Shown one piece after another: positions 11,576 to 25,045 of a stretch of DNA of 64,000 nt (within the stretch, counting starts at the first letter, position 1; the number at the start of each line of letters is the position of its first letter). The DNA is taken from NCBI RefSeq assembly GCF_001194135.2, contig NC_068987.1, forward strand, positions 81,801,784-81,865,783, written 5' to 3'. Under the pieces are notes generated by a model, which saw only the letters and a list, made by a program, of their open reading frames with translations, had not been told where the DNA came from and did no database searches. A program made the position numbers and the translations under genes. The stretch comes from Octopus bimaculoides (lineage: Eukaryota).

Positions 11576-14244
11576 GTGACTGCAAATCAATAAATTGAAT
11601 TCTTGATGGTCTTTCTGCCAATATCAGAAATTATGTGATGTGTGTATATATGTATTTGTGTGTGTGTGTGCATGCATAATGTACAATTATGTACATAAAA
11701 TATAAAATCTATATTGGCTGAATCTCTGCAAAGTCACTTTTCAAATTTCATTCAGTATTCTCTCTCATCTTCTGTCTGATTTGAAGTTTATTCTCTTAAG
11801 AAGGTTGGCGATACACTTGGCTCTCAGCCCAAAACATAGGCCCTTCCAGCTGTAGAATTGTAGAATGTAACAGCTAGTGAATGACTAAATAAAATATTTG
11901 CCAAAAAAAACTTAACTAATAATTGAAATTTACAACAAAATTGTTCTGTGCTTTTGGGAGGGAAAAAAATGGAATTTTTACATTCTTTTCTATATCAAAA
12001 ATATATCATCGATAACAATTTTGTTGCTCCCTAAAGATACTTGTCCGAAAAATCTTTAGTAATCCTTGAATATTGGCTTAACGCATCAGTTATAAAACAT
12101 TTGTAATAATAATAAGGGCAACAGTAATATTTACCACAAGGACGACCATGAAGGGACATTATAAGGACAAATTAAAAAAGTAAATAGGCTTTATACAGAA
12201 CCAATTAGAAAACAAAAAAAACAGGTTTGGGAAATGACAGTATGAAAAGTGGATGGAATGAAAAGTCCTAATGGGGAGACAGCCAGTTAGCTTCACTCTA
12301 AGAACCCCCCAGTTCCTGGACTGTCCTGACTATTAGGAGTAAGTGTTCTCACCCAACTGTATTCTCCGGTCTACAGATGTATTCTGAGAGTAGGCCCATT
12401 TACTCAGGACATGCACACTGCTCTCATTTAGCTTTCAGGAAATTCCATAAATGGTAGCACTCTCCCCCAGTATTAGCTTGATGGATGAAACGTGATTCAA
12501 ATCATTCTGAAAAGGTGGTCATTTATTGTGAACATTGAGTAGATATACCTAGACATTGTAATAATGAAAAACACACACACATATATATATAATCATAACC
12601 ATGCATCAAAAATTTTTTATCGCTTTGTTTTAAGTCATTCAACCTATAAAGATTTTAGATTATTAATAATTCTAAGAACAAAGAAGAATCTCCTGAACAT
12701 GCCAAAGCTTGGAATTGTACCAGAGACCATTGCACAGCTGGTTTAAAGCTCTCACCTATGAGCCATTGCAGCCATCTTTGAAGGATGTCATTACTTTTAG
12801 AAATGTATTTATTAAAAGTAGATAGTTTAGTTGATTGAAAGAGCTCAACACATTTTGTTGAAATCAACAAAGATCCATTTACTTTAAAATACACTCACAT
12901 ATACATAAATGTAACTACGTGTGTGTATAATCTTGTTTGTTCTTAATAAAAAATAACAGAAAACTGCCTGGAGGTGGGTGTTTCTGCCAGGAATAATAAT
13001 TATGTTGCCTTCTAAAATTGACACAGGCCAGAAGTATATAAGAAATTATTTATATTGATCCTCGTGTATGGAATTGCATTAAATGATAACGATGATAATA
13101 ATAATAATAATAATAATAATGACAACAATAATTTTTTTCCTTCGTTAGCCATAAGTGTTTAAAGATACCAAAAAAAAAAAAAGAAAACTTTCACTAGTAG
13201 TTTCAAAGGAAGAAAAGAAAATGTGGAGTGTGAAAGACACATAAGTACAGACTGGGGTGGGTGAGAGAGGTTATATAAAATATGGAAGGTGGTATTAAGA
13301 TTTTAAAGCTACACAGATTTGCATGTTTGTGCACACACACATATTTGCTTAAAAAAAAATAGAAAAGTACAATAAAACAATAATTAAAAGATAAAATTGA
13401 AGGCAATCAAAACTTGAAATATTACTGGTTAGATTGAGTTGGGACACCCCACAATGCTGTTCATTTAACTATTTCTCAAACTGTATGAGAGTGCTACCAA
13501 ATGCACCAATATGCAATTTTTGACAGATTTGGTTATAGAAAAACACTAACATTTCAAGGGTAATCACTATTAATTTTAGTGCCATGTATTAATTTTTTAG
13601 TTTTGTTATAACCTACTTTCTGCATGTTCATATTCTGAACCTGTTTTGTGTCATATCTTGTTCTGAAAGTCTGTGGTACCATTTGATGCATCATTTTGGC
13701 TATTGACACTTTGTTTTAATTTCATTTTTTTTTTTTTACTTCACTTTCTTTGTGATTTTCCTAGGGTGGGAAAGGGGGTTCATTGACACTTGGAAGAAAG
13801 TGTTCCTCTTTTTTTATTGTTTTATGTTGAATCTTTTTCAATGATTTTTACCTCTTTTATTCTTTTTGAGATCATTTGCAGGTTTTCTTTTATTGATATT
13901 TCTTCCTCATTTATAATTATCTTTTCCTCATTGCACAATGAATGCATGGTACTACAAGTTGGTACTGTTGGGGGACAAGGTGTTTGCTCATATATTTGAG
14001 GGCAATACAGATATTTGCTTGCAATCTCCTGAGTTTGATTTGATCTTGCTTTAGAAACAGGGGTTTCTTGTTCTTTTTGTTATTCTTTATTTTTTCTTGT
14101 TTAATCTCTCTAGTCCCTCCTGGTATTCAGTTCTGAGGTGAATATTACTCTGACAAATGCAGCAACAGGACTTTCTATCCTATATCATTAATTTCATGTT
14201 CTTCATCTCAGTGTCTTCTACTGGACACAGTTCCCATGTGGTTG

Positions 14245-14620
14245 AAAATCCATTTTAGCATTTCCTGACCACATGTCAGTTCCAATGTGGCTCTGTGGTC
14301 TTTATTGTATCATTAGGACTTGAAAATCCATTTAAATATCTCAACAACATGTCAGCTTTCATTAAGTTTTCTCTCACTTCTCTTACCATACTGTAACAGA
14401 GAAGCGTTTATTAGCTATGGCTCTACATAGTTTCTGTTGTCTTTTATTGTGATTCTGTGGCATTGAAGTGTCATTAGGTCTCACCAGTCCATTTTGAAAC
14501 TCTCTGACAATAGATTGCCTTTCATTAAATCTTTGGCCACTCTCCCATAATGGAAAACCGACATCATTTATTAGCCATAGATCTATTCCGTGTCCAATGT
14601 CTCTTATTGTGATTCTTAAG
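14245..14620 (-). mobile_element. Degenerate tandem units of about 165 bp, possibly LINE ORF1 RRM-like repeats
   Basis: Recurrent ..tttattagc.at.g.tcta..gtc.ttattgtgattct..; antisense reads RITIRDI..IDLWLIK and RITIKDN..VEP.LINA.L.QYG. Confidence 0.35.
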
Positions 14621-14624
14621 TTTC

Positions 14625-14940
14625 TCTAATCCAACTCGTGTATAATCAGAGGGTACCCAATCGACCATACTATTAGATGTTGTTATACATCGCTAGTCAC
14701 AATCCACTTTGCATCATTTTAGCCTTCAAATGATGCCACTTAAGTGGGTAGGCGTGCAGGCCAACGTACTCCCTGATTCGGAGGTTAGTCTAACATAGAC
14801 TTACTCCTGCCCACTCAGCTGTAAATGAGTAACATGAAGTGGAGTATTTTCTTCAAGAACACAATGTGCCACCCAGTTTGGGAATCAAACCCACGGTCTA
14901 GCAATCATGAGGGCAAAACCCTAACCACTAGGCCAGAGGT
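14625..14940 (-). mobile_element. tRNA-derived SINE, degenerate
   Basis: Antisense head ...tagtggttagggttttgccctcatgattgctagaccgtgggtttgattccc... followed by a SINE-like body. Confidence 0.55.
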
Positions 14941-14989
14941 ATGTTTGAAAATTTCAGCCTGTGGCTGTATCTTCAGTTTTATCCAAATG

Positions 14990-15275
14990 TGGCCAATACC
15001 AGTACCCTCTCGCTGGCCCTCATGCTGGTGGGACGTAAAAAGCACTATCCAAATGTGATCACTGCCAGGCCCACCTGACTGGTTCCTGTGCCGGTGGCAC
15101 GTAAAAAGTACCCACCACACTCTCGGAGTGGTTGGTGTTAGGAAGGGCATCCAGCTGTAGAAACAATGTCAGATCAGATTGGAGCCTGTTGCAGCCACTG
15201 GCTCTCCAGATCTCAGTCAAACCGTCCAATCCATGCTAGCATGGAAAACGGACGTTAAACGATGATGATGATGAC
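14990..15275 (+). mobile_element. RTE LINE 3' end or RTE-tailed short element with (GAT)n tail
   Basis: gtgccggtggcacgtaaaaag..ggaagggcatccagctgtagaaac..catggaaaacggacgttaaacgatgatgat. Confidence 0.8.
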
Positions 15276-15327
15276 AGTGTGCCATAATTTTTGGTTTTTC
15301 AATTGAGAAAATTTTTATGTCTTGCAG

Positions 15328-15352
15328 AGGCTGTTGTACTATTTGGCATGAA
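15328..15352 (+). CDS. Candidate 25-nt coding exon (phase 1 to 2), (K)AVVLFGM(N)
   Basis: Strong acceptor tttttatgtcttgcag| and strong donor |GTAAGA; phase fits 18131. Confidence 0.5.
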
Positions 15353-16069
15353 GTAAGATTCAGTTTGCTTCCATCTTGTTATATGCAGCAATATATAAAT
15401 TTTCTCTTTGCTTTCTTCCCTTTATTAAATTCTGTGACAAGGAAATGCTGTTCAGTTTCACAAAATTCTTCCACTTACATTTTTTTTTTTTCCTTCTTGT
15501 AACTGTGACAGATCTTAAAATTCCGTTGTTCAGTTTGTATTAAAGAAAGCTTTGCCTGAGCATAACTGCTCTTTGAACACTCCACAGTATTTAATGTCTT
15601 GTAATTATCTACTGCTGTTGTTGTTACTATTATGATTATCTTCAAAACTACTTATTTAACTATTTGGGATATTTTCTTTTACTTTTTCATTGTTCTGTTC
15701 GTTTTCTCCTTCCTTTTCTACATTCACTTAGATGTGTTGATTTTGCATTCTTTCATGTTTTTGTTTTGTTTTATTTCCTGTGAAATGTTGTGTAGCGTAA
15801 ATATGTGTGGCAGCCATTTTGGATGTGGAAAAGGAATGTGTGTCAATAGAATTTTGAAAGTTTGTGAACCAAAGCTTTTTTATTGCTTTCCAATCCAGGG
15901 ATATCATGGATAGTTCTCTTTCTAGGCAATTATAGTTCTTTTTACTAGTATTCCAGAGGAAATTTCATTTGGTAATACTTGAATAGATTTGTTTTGAAGA
16001 GAAAAGCACAATGACATCTTAAAACTACGAGTGTCAAATAATAATAATGATAATAATAATAATAATGAT

Positions 16070-16590
16070 AATATGGCTTCTGATCTTAACTGATTGGAAG
16101 TGTTATCATGTACATGTTTTATCTTAGTATAAAAGATGGCTGCAGCAAATATTTTGCTCAATACCACAGATTTGCTTGTTAGTTGTTTGACCTTAACCAG
16201 CAGAGCATGTCCTTTGGTCACTGACAATATATGTGTCTCTGATCACGAGCAGAATTAGTGGGGGAGCATCATAGCCATGTGTTGAGAGGAATTCTTTGGG
16301 GTTTGAATAATTCATCTCTGGAAATGTGGGTGTTCAACATCCTTAAACAACCCTTATTCAGGTACCTTTTCAACAGAATGGGCTACTCAACCTAAAGAAA
16401 GTTCTAACTGGGCCCCACCTGCAAGGTCATGTGCTGTTTATTTTGATGTGAGATCACCATGTCGCACGCACATGGCTGTGATGCATGTGCCTGGTGTATC
16501 CTTATCAGATAGGTAGTCCTGATAGGTACATTGGGGTTCATATATTTGTACACCAGTGTCTTTTTGATGGCATGCACTGTTCTCTCACTC
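16070..16590 (-). mobile_element. About 530-bp unclassified interspersed repeat, copy 2
   Basis: Collinear with 5497-6035; AAT-rich tracts on both sides. Confidence 0.75.
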
Positions 16591-16654
16591 AGTAATAATA
16601 AAAATATTAATAATGATAATAATAAAAGATGAAGAAAGAATAGCAAAGAACAGA

Positions 16655-17260
16655 TATGCATGAAAAGTGAAGAAAGCAAAGCTAATGTTTGGGAAATATC
16701 TAAACACTACAAAATCAGCCCTCCTGCTTACTGGTATGAATGTCGTCCTGAGCCAGTCATTGAAAGTAAAAATGTAACTGTCTTCTGGAATTTTCCAGTC
16801 AACATCGGCAGAATGATCCAGGCTAATCAAACAGATATAGAGAAGAAAATACTTATAGACTAATAGATGTAAGTGTTCCCACTGATAAAAATATATCTGC
16901 AAAGGAATTTGACAAAAATAAGGACCAGAAAATTGAAATACAAAAGATGTGGCATCTTCAAGCGAGAACTGTTCCTGTTATTGTGTGTGTTCTTGATATG
17001 AGAAGAAAGGGATGTCAGAACCGTGTCTCAGAGAAATCCAAAAGATTGTGCTGACAAGTACTGCCCACATCCTTAGAAAGACCTTATCAACTTAAATGTA
17101 CGTGTTGTATTAAATGAACATAATTTGCTCCTGCCCCTGCCACTTCCTCTCCCCAAGCTTTCAGTAATGCCGTAACATCTCTTACCTTTCACTCATCCTA
17201 GGACACTGGGTGTGTCTCAGTGAATGATTCTAACAAACCTGCAGATTAAAAGTAAATAAT
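16655..17260 (+). mobile_element. R4/Dong-clade LINE 3' fragment (restriction-like endonuclease plus 3' UTR)
   Basis: WEISKHYKISPPAYWYECRPEPVIESKNVTVFWNFPV; 3' UTR matches 42098-42300. Confidence 0.8.
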
Positions 17261-17502
17261 GATTTCAAATTTTAACACAAGACCAACAATTTCGGGGTAG
17301 GGGAGAAGTCCATTTCGTTAGTTTTTTACTGTTATTATACAAGTGTTTTTTTAAACCATAAATCTGTCCTCGACATAAACACCATCCACATCCTATATAT
17401 ATATATGTGTGTGTGTGTGTATATATATATATACACATACATACATACATGCCCAGGAATTATATATATATACATACATACATACATACATACATGCACA
17501 GG

Positions 17503-17536
<34 letters not shown>

Positions 17537-18130
17537 NNNNNNNNNNNNNNNNNNNNNNNNNNNNNNNNNNNNNNNNNNNNNNNNNNNNNNNNNNNNNNNN
17601 NNNNNNNNNNNNNNNNNNNNNNNNNNNNNNNNNNNNNNNNNNNNNNNNNNNNNNNNNNNNNNNNNNNNNNNNNNNNNNNNNNNNNNNNNNNNNNNNNNNN
17701 NNNNNNNNNNNNNNNNNNNNNNNNNNNNNNNNNNNNNNNNNNNNNNNNNNNNNNNNNNNNNNNNNNNNNNNNNNNNNNNNNNNNNNNNNNNNNNNNNNNN
17801 NNNNNNNNNNNNNNNNNNNNNNNNNNNNNNNNNNNNNNNNNNNNNNNNNNNNNNNNNNNNNNNNNNNNNNNNNNNNNNNNNNNNNNNNNNNNNNNNNNNN
17901 NNNNNNNNNNNNNNNNNNNNNNNNNNNNNNNNNNNNNNNNNNNNNNNNNNNNNNNNNNNNNNNNNNNNNNNNNNNNNNNNNNNNNNNNNNNNNNNNNNNN
18001 NNNNNNNNNNNNNNNNNNNNNNNNNNNNNNNNNNNNNNNNNNNNNNNNNNNNNNNNNNNNNNNNNNNNNNNNNNNNNNNTCTAGTGGTAAATATTAAAAC
18101 AGTTTTTATTTTGAATGATGTGTTTAACAG

Positions 18131-18209
18131 TTCAAACATTGTAATCCAGTGTCACTCAGCTGAATTGGACAACAATACTGGTGAAGAGTTTGAAGACAGG
18201 TTCAAGCAG
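18131..18209 (+). CDS. Candidate coding exon (phase 2 to 0), SNIVIQCHSAELDNNTGEEFEDRFKQ
   Basis: Acceptor tgtttaacag|, donor CAG|GTGGGT; single open frame with non-repetitive, protein-like composition. Confidence 0.6.
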
Positions 18210-19164
18210 GTGGGTTAGTTGACATTGGTCAATGGTTTTGAGAAGACTTCTCTGAGGGAAATTTTGCTAAAGAATGACTTTTTTTTTTTTTTTTAAGTAT
18301 TCCAGTTCGTTTATTGCATCTGGTAGTGGGGCTCTGGTTTGGAAGTCCAAGAATTTTGAGAAGAGTGGAATCGCCTCTTCACCACTATTGTTACCAGGTT
18401 TACTCTAACCTAGAGTAACAATACCCATTAGGACCCCAGCTAAGAATTAATTAGCATGTCATAGAATTGCTTCTGAGAGAAGGTTACTTAAACATCCCTA
18501 CAATAGACCTAGGGGAGATGAGCATTTCAGCTCTTTAGCTGATCATTTAAGAGAACATAGCTCCATGAAAATCCAGCATCCTGATAACTAATAAAAATTT
18601 GAAGGATGAGAGAGTGGGTCAGGCTCTCCAAAACCATGCTTGCTATAATGATATTCATTGTGCATCTTGTTCAGCAAACCAAGACATCAACACCAATGCC
18701 ATTTACACTTTTTGCCTAAGTCCATCAAGGATAAGGAAATAGGTGACAGGGACAGAAAGATGCTGCTACTGCAAGTCTTCAGCTTTGATCTTGTACACAG
18801 GCAGTCATAATGTGATGGTAATTTTGTCCCCACATTTGCTGCAGGTGTATATTTACAGCTAGGTTTTGCTGAACCCTTATTCATTGAAGCAATGGGAGAG
18901 TCCATACGTGTAGGTCTTATCTTGTTTCAGTCGTTGGCATGTGGCCATGCTGAGACACTGTTTTGAGGGGTTTAGCTGAACAAATCTTACTTATTTTTTT
19001 AAAAATCTAATACTTATTCTATCAGTCTGTCTCTTTTGCCAGATCCCTAAGTTACAGAGACATAAACAAACCAACACTGGTTGTCAAGCAGTGGTGGTGG
19101 ACAAACAAACACTCACACACACAATGACCACCCCTCACTAGATATAAACATAACTCGTACATTA

Positions 19165-19730
19165 ATCATGAAGGCTCATGGTTTAGTGGTTAGGACATTC
19201 GGCTCACAGTCATAAGGTTGTGAGTTCAATTCCTGGTGATGCGCTGTGTCCTTGAGCAAGACACTTTATTTTATTTCTTTATTGCCCACAAGAGGCTAAA
19301 CATAGAGGGGACAAACAAGGACAGACAAATGGATTAAGTCTATTATATCGACCTCAGTGCGTAACTGGTACTTCATTTATTGACCCCGAAAGGATGAAAG
19401 GCAAAGTCGACCTTGGTGGAATTTGAACTCAGAACGTAATGGCAGATGAAATACCACTAAGCATTTCGCCTGGCGTGCTAACGTTTCTGCCAGCTAACGT
19501 TTCTCATTGCTCCAGTCCACTCAGCTGGCAAAAATGAGCAGTACTTGTTATTCAAAGTGCCAGCCTTGTCGCCTATGTCATGCTGAATCCCCCAGTGAAC
19601 TATGTTAAGGGAACACCTCTGTGGAGTACTCAGCCACTTGCACATTAATTTCTCGAGTAGACTGTTCTGTTAATCAGATCAACTGGAACCCTCACCATCA
19701 TAACCGATGGAGTGCCATTAATCGTATATA
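19165..19730 (+). mobile_element. tRNA-derived SINE carrying a nested antisense SINE (about 19272-19495)
   Basis: tRNA-like head ggctcatggtttagtggttagg..gagttcaattcc, then tgtgtccttgagcaagacact; the body resumes at cattgctccagtccactcagc after the insert. Confidence 0.8.
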
Positions 19731-19881
19731 TCTACTACTACACACTAAAGTACTAAATAGTTACCAATGGGGCCTACATCTCATCTCTGGTCTGGGTTTA
19801 TTGCCACTTGAAATGGGACGTCCATTTAACCATTACCATCTGGCCTTGAGCCTATTATCAGCTTCACATGTCTGTTTGTAG

Positions 19882-19913
19882 GCTTTACTCTTCCAAGAAT
19901 TTTCGGAAATCAT
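19882..19913 (+). CDS. Candidate coding exon (phase 0 to 2), ALLFQEFSEI(M)
   Basis: Acceptor tgtctgtttgtag|, donor |GTATGA; AT|G junction with 24808 gives Met. Confidence 0.5.
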
Positions 19914-20563
19914 GTATGAAATATTAGCTTTGAATTCCAAATTCTTCACATATATAAGCTTTTACAAGTGATTTCTTGAAGCACATCTCTACAGAGAGAC
20001 ACCTTTCATTATTTACACCTTTTTTTTCCCTTCTTGTTAAAAGTTATCTTTCTGCCTTAATCACTTTTTTTTTTTTTCAGATAATAAAATCATTAATCTG
20101 TGAAAAAGAACACATTTCCAAATACTTGCCTTCCAATTTCAGAATTCTGAAGTTATGGTTTCTATTTTTATTTCTATAATAGTTTTATGATGTTTATACT
20201 TCAGAAAGTATTTGCTTCACAGATTTAACAAGCTGTTTCCTCATTACTTCTTTTTCGTTTTTCTTTATGCTATGATTCTAACTAACTTGTTCATGGTTCT
20301 ATTTACTTGCAGTTTTGTTCTTTTTAACATGGTCCATATATTCATATATTCCTAACTCATGCTATATTGATACTCAATTGTTGTTGAGCAATCAGCTGTG
20401 TACCATTATGCAAATGAGCTGAACCTAAAACAGTTTTGTTTAGATTTTTCTAAGATTAACTTTCTGCTATTTATCTTGCCATCTCAGAGCAAAAAGTAAA
20501 TCTTGAAAATGAAACCAATTGCTTCTAGCCTCCTCCAAAGTTTCTAAAATACTTTCAGACTAA

Positions 20564-20603
<40 letters not shown>

Positions 20604-21375
20604 CACCACACAGATTTTGATCTTAATACTTGTACATACATTCATTCATTCATCCATTCATTCTAGGATTTTCTAAGAGCAAAAAAGAACTGATACACAT
20701 CCAAATTCCATTCTATTAGCAGAAAATTTGTCAGACATTGTAAAGATTCCCCATTTAAGATTCATCAAATGAATGTATACACACACTTGATTGTGTGCAT
20801 CTACAAAGACACATGTAGAAAGTAATGATGCATACACACACAAATGCACACACACCAAAGCCCTAAGTACTAGAGAGACATACGCACAAAACATAAGTGC
20901 ACTTACATACAACTTCATGCATGCATGCACCAACTCAATTGCATATTTACAAATCCCAAGAAGTGTCTTAACTCAAAAACTATTGTAATTCTGTTGGTAA
21001 CCAGCTTGAACTCCATTAAGAAGAACTTCAATAAATCTTTAAGAAAAGCATGCATGTACGCATAAATGCAAACATACATCTTCTGATGTGAACAACTCTT
21101 CAAAAATCAGTAGAAAGGAGAATATTCAAAGATAACGAATTCAAAACCTACAGCTTTTCTACCCTGATTATAAATTTACATTTATGCAAGTGGTTATGGG
21201 AACACTTCGTTATGTTCATAAATGTGACAATCTGGAAAAGCATGGATTTTCATGGAAAGAAAGGGGCCCCCACCAACACATACTTTACAAATACAATCTC
21301 TAAGAAAGATAGTAAAGATATGAAAGAATTTCTAAGAGTCAGTAAAGCTATGAAAGGTTTTCCTTAAAATTCAAC

Positions 21376-21960
21376 ATAGGCACAGGAGTGGCTGTGTGGT
21401 AAGTAGCTTGCTTACCAACCACATGATTCTGGGTTCAGTCCCACTGTGTGGCACCTTAGACAAGTGTCTTCTACTACAGCCTCAGGCTGGCCAAAGCCTC
21501 GTGAGTGGATTTGGTAGACGGAAACTGAAAGAAGCTTGTCATATATATATGTTTGTGTGTGTGTGTCCCCTCAACATCACTTGACAACCGATGCTGGTGT
21601 GTTTACACCCCCGTAACTTAGCGGTTCAGCTAAATGTAAATAATGTTAATTTCCATTATGTTGTTTATCTTGTATCAAAATTTCATCCATTTATTTGTAA
21701 AGTTAAGGAAGTTGGGACACCCTCAATGTATATAATATATATGTATAACATCCTCATCATCACCATCATTTACTGCCTACTTTCTATGCAGGTATCGGCT
21801 AGAAAGTTGGACTGGAACTGGTAAGCTAGAGAGCAGCACCAAGTTCCACTCTGATTTGGCATGGTCTCTACGGCTGGATGCCCTTGGGGGTTGATTTGAC
21901 TGAAAACCCTTCAAGGTAGTGCTCCAGCATGGCTGTAGTCAAATGACTAAAACAAGTAAA
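21376..21960 (+). mobile_element. CORE-like tRNA SINE, split into pieces
   Basis: Match to 45683-46085. Confidence 0.7.
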
Positions 21961-22094
21961 AGAAACTAAAGTGTGCATGCGTATGTGCGTGTGTGTGCAT
22001 TTTTTACCCTGTTCTCCCAGTTTCTCCTACCCAATCTGCAAAAGATCCACATCTTAAAGGTTTCTATTTTGTCTCAATAGTTGTGTATGTTATA

Positions 22095-22770
22095 AGCGGC
22101 GAGCTGGCAGAATCATTAGCACACCGGGCAAAATGCTTAGCGGTATTTCATCTGCTGTTAGGTTTTAAGTTCAAATTCCGCCGAGATCAACTTTGCCTTT
22201 CATCCTTTCGGGGTCGATTAACTAAGTACCAGTTACGCATTGGGGTTGATATAATCGACTTAATCCCTTTGTCTGTCCTTGTTTGACCCCTCTATGTTTA
22301 GCCTCTTGTGGGCAATGAAGAAATAAGAAACGTTAGCACACCGGGCAAAATGCTTAGTGGTATTTCGTATGTCTTCACATTCTGAGTTCAAATTGCATCA
22401 AGGTTGACTTTGCCTTTCCTCCTTTCAGGTCGATAAATTAAGTACCAGTTACATACTGGGCCGATCTAATCGACTCCCCCCACTCCCCAAAAAAACTCAG
22501 GCCTCATGCCTAGAGTAGAAAAGGATATTGGTTTTAAATTTAAGGCAGCAAGCTGGCTGAAATGTCAGCACATCGAGCGAAATGCTTAGTGGTATTTTGT
22601 TTGTCTTTACATTCTGGATTCAAATTTCGCCATGGTCAACTTTGCCTTTTTTCCTTTCAGGGTCGATAAATTATGCCCCAGTTATGTACTGGGGTTAATT
22701 TAATCAACTGCCCCTCCCCACAACTCCCCAAAAATTTCAGGCCTTGTGCCTAGAATAGAAAAGAAAAGAA
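22095..22770 (+). mobile_element. Three head-to-tail copies of a tRNA-derived SINE with the gactttgcctttcatcctttc core
   Basis: Repeated gttagcac.ccgggc.aaatgcttag...caactttgcctt..atcctttc.gggtcgat units at about 22095, 22330 and 22545. Confidence 0.85.
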
Positions 22771-22804
22771 CAGTTGTATCTGTTCAAGTTTTTACTGCAC
22801 AGAG

Positions 22805-23128
22805 GACCTTTTTTTTTCTTTTTGTATGCGCCCTTTTAAAGCCTAGCCAGGCTCATGGGCCCAGTTTCCTGGTTTCTATGGCGTATGTGTTTCCCCTAGC
22901 TGGAAGGGACGCCAGTCCATCGCAGCTTTACTCAAGAAGCAGGAAGAAAGAGAGAAAGTTGGGGCAAAAGAGTACAACAGGGGTCGTCACCACCCCTTGC
23001 CAGAGCCTCATGGTGCTTTAGGTGTTTTTACTCAATAAACACACACAACGCCTGGCCTGGGAATCGAAACCGCGATCCTTCGACTGCGAATTCGCTGCCC
23101 TAACTACTGGGCCATTGCACCTCCACAC
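22805..23128 (-). mobile_element. tRNA-derived SINE with V-domain-like segment and A-rich tail
   Basis: Antisense: ggcccagtagttagggcagcgaattcgcagtcgaaggatcgcggtttcgattccc head; ctgcgatggactggcgtccc segment; A-rich end. Confidence 0.75.
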
Positions 23129-23553
23129 AGAGGACCATTGGCATCATATAACAGTTTACTAGCCTCAATTTTACATGCTTTGTTATGTCTTTTTGAGTTG
23201 TAAATCTTTTTCAATCTATTAAATGTTCTGTTAGCCTAATTTATTCTTTGAGTAACATCTACTCAGAGAGTTTCTTGATTTATTATGTCCTAAATACTTG
23301 AAGTTTTTACTGGTTCAATTTCCTCTCCCTCAACCTTTTGTATTTACTTCCTTTTGTTGTCTTTCTAATAACTATTGTCTTTGTCATTTTCACATTCATA
23401 TTTAAACCTTTCTTGTCACTCGGCTCTTTTACAACACTGACAATACATACATACATATGTATACATATATATGAATATATATAGACATATGTGAATATAT
23501 ATAGACATATGTGAATATATATAGACATATATTAATATATATATATATACAGA

Positions 23554-23618
<65 letters not shown>

Positions 23619-24807
23619 AAGCTGAAGAGACAATTGAAGATTATGATTGATGCTGTTTCATCTGGCAAATTATCAGAATCATATTTTGTTTGATTAAACG
23701 CCAGACGAAACTACGATCAAGCATAATCTTGAATTGCATCGTCAACTTGATTTATATAATTTTTTAATATTTTATCGTTGTCCAGCATCAATGCAACAAT
23801 ACAGTACACATATATGCATACATACATACAAATATACACATGAAAACACGTGTGTGTATGTGCATGTACACACACTAAGCATTTCCTGCACAAATATAAC
23901 ACATGAAACGCATGACTAAAATATGTAAATGAATGTAAATAACAAATCAGATTTTAATATAAATCTCTAATGTTTGTGTTTATGAGAAAGACCGCTTGAC
24001 AGAAAATTTGTACTTAATATAAGTAGCCTATTTTAATTTATGGCTTTCACTTTTAACATTGTATATTGAGGATGATGTACCAGGAGATCTTCATCATCAT
24101 TTACTTCTACTTCTCCATGCTTGTATTGGTCTGATGGAGTTTACTGAAGCAAATCTTTTTACAGTCAGATACTCTTTCTGTCACCAACCCTCACCTGTTT
24201 CCAAGCAAAGTACTATTAAGCTGGCAGAATCGTTAGCACACCAAGCAAAATGTTTAGTAGACATGCTAAAGATTTGAGTTCAAATTCCACTGAGGTCCAC
24301 TTTGCCTTTCATCCTTTCCAAGTCGATAAAATAATACAAGTTGAGCACTGGGGCTGATCTTATCAACTTACCCACTTCTCGAAAATTGCTGGCCCTGTGC
24401 CAACATTTGAAGCCAATATTTTCCCATAATTAGATACATCTTTCAATGAAGACCAGAAATGAACAACTTCACTTGTATGACAGTGAGGCTTGTTTACAAC
24501 CATGTCTAGAATAAAATACACTCATATGCACACAATAAGTGCATGCACACATGCATACTATCTGTTTCCATCTACCAAATCCACTCACAAGGCTTTGGTT
24601 GGTCCAAGGCTATGCTACAAAACATTTGCCAAAGATATCATGCCCTGAAACAGAACCCAAGACCACATGATTTGGAAGCAAACTCCTTAACCATACAGCT
24701 ACATATGCACCTATAAATGTTAGTTTTTATATGTTCAATTCATGCTTAAAAAGTGTCTGATTCAACCATTTTCCTTTATCACAAATTACTCATTTCGTAC
24801 ACTTCAG

Positions 24808-24963
24808 GTCTTTCAAAATCATAACATTGACAATTTCAGATGTGGAAACTTTGTTAAATTATGATGAAAAAAAAAACTACAATCTTAAAAAATATGAAAT
24901 AATCTTTAGCTTTTTACATCCTAAGGTTAAGTGCTATGAAATATTAGAGGCCCCATGTGGCAG
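24808..24963 (+). CDS. Candidate coding exon (phase 2 to 2), [51 protein letters not shown]
   Basis: Acceptor catttcgtacacttcag|, donor CAG|GTAAAT; 156 nt open in AT-rich DNA. Confidence 0.65.
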
Positions 24964-24978
24964 GTAAATGTAGCTGGT

Positions 24979-25045
<67 letters not shown>

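Noticed and set aside
11720-12900. Possible minus-strand exons (ctacag|CTGGAAGGG..., ...CATAG|GTGAG)
   Set aside because: Several frames are equally plausible, no chain could be extended, and they conflict with the better-supported + strand gene.
18500-18900. Protein-like frames (…FSFDLV…GNFVPTFA…)
   Set aside because: Interrupted by stops; more like a decayed reverse-transcriptase fragment than an exon.
19882-19913. Alternative frame GFTLPRIFGNH, resembling a sialate O-acetylesterase N-terminus
   Set aside because: Needs a phase-1 upstream exon and a downstream MVLQ exon, neither found; the phase-0 frame fits both neighbours.
19165-23128. tRNA genes
   Set aside because: The tRNA-like stretches are SINE heads followed by SINE bodies and lack full acceptor stems.
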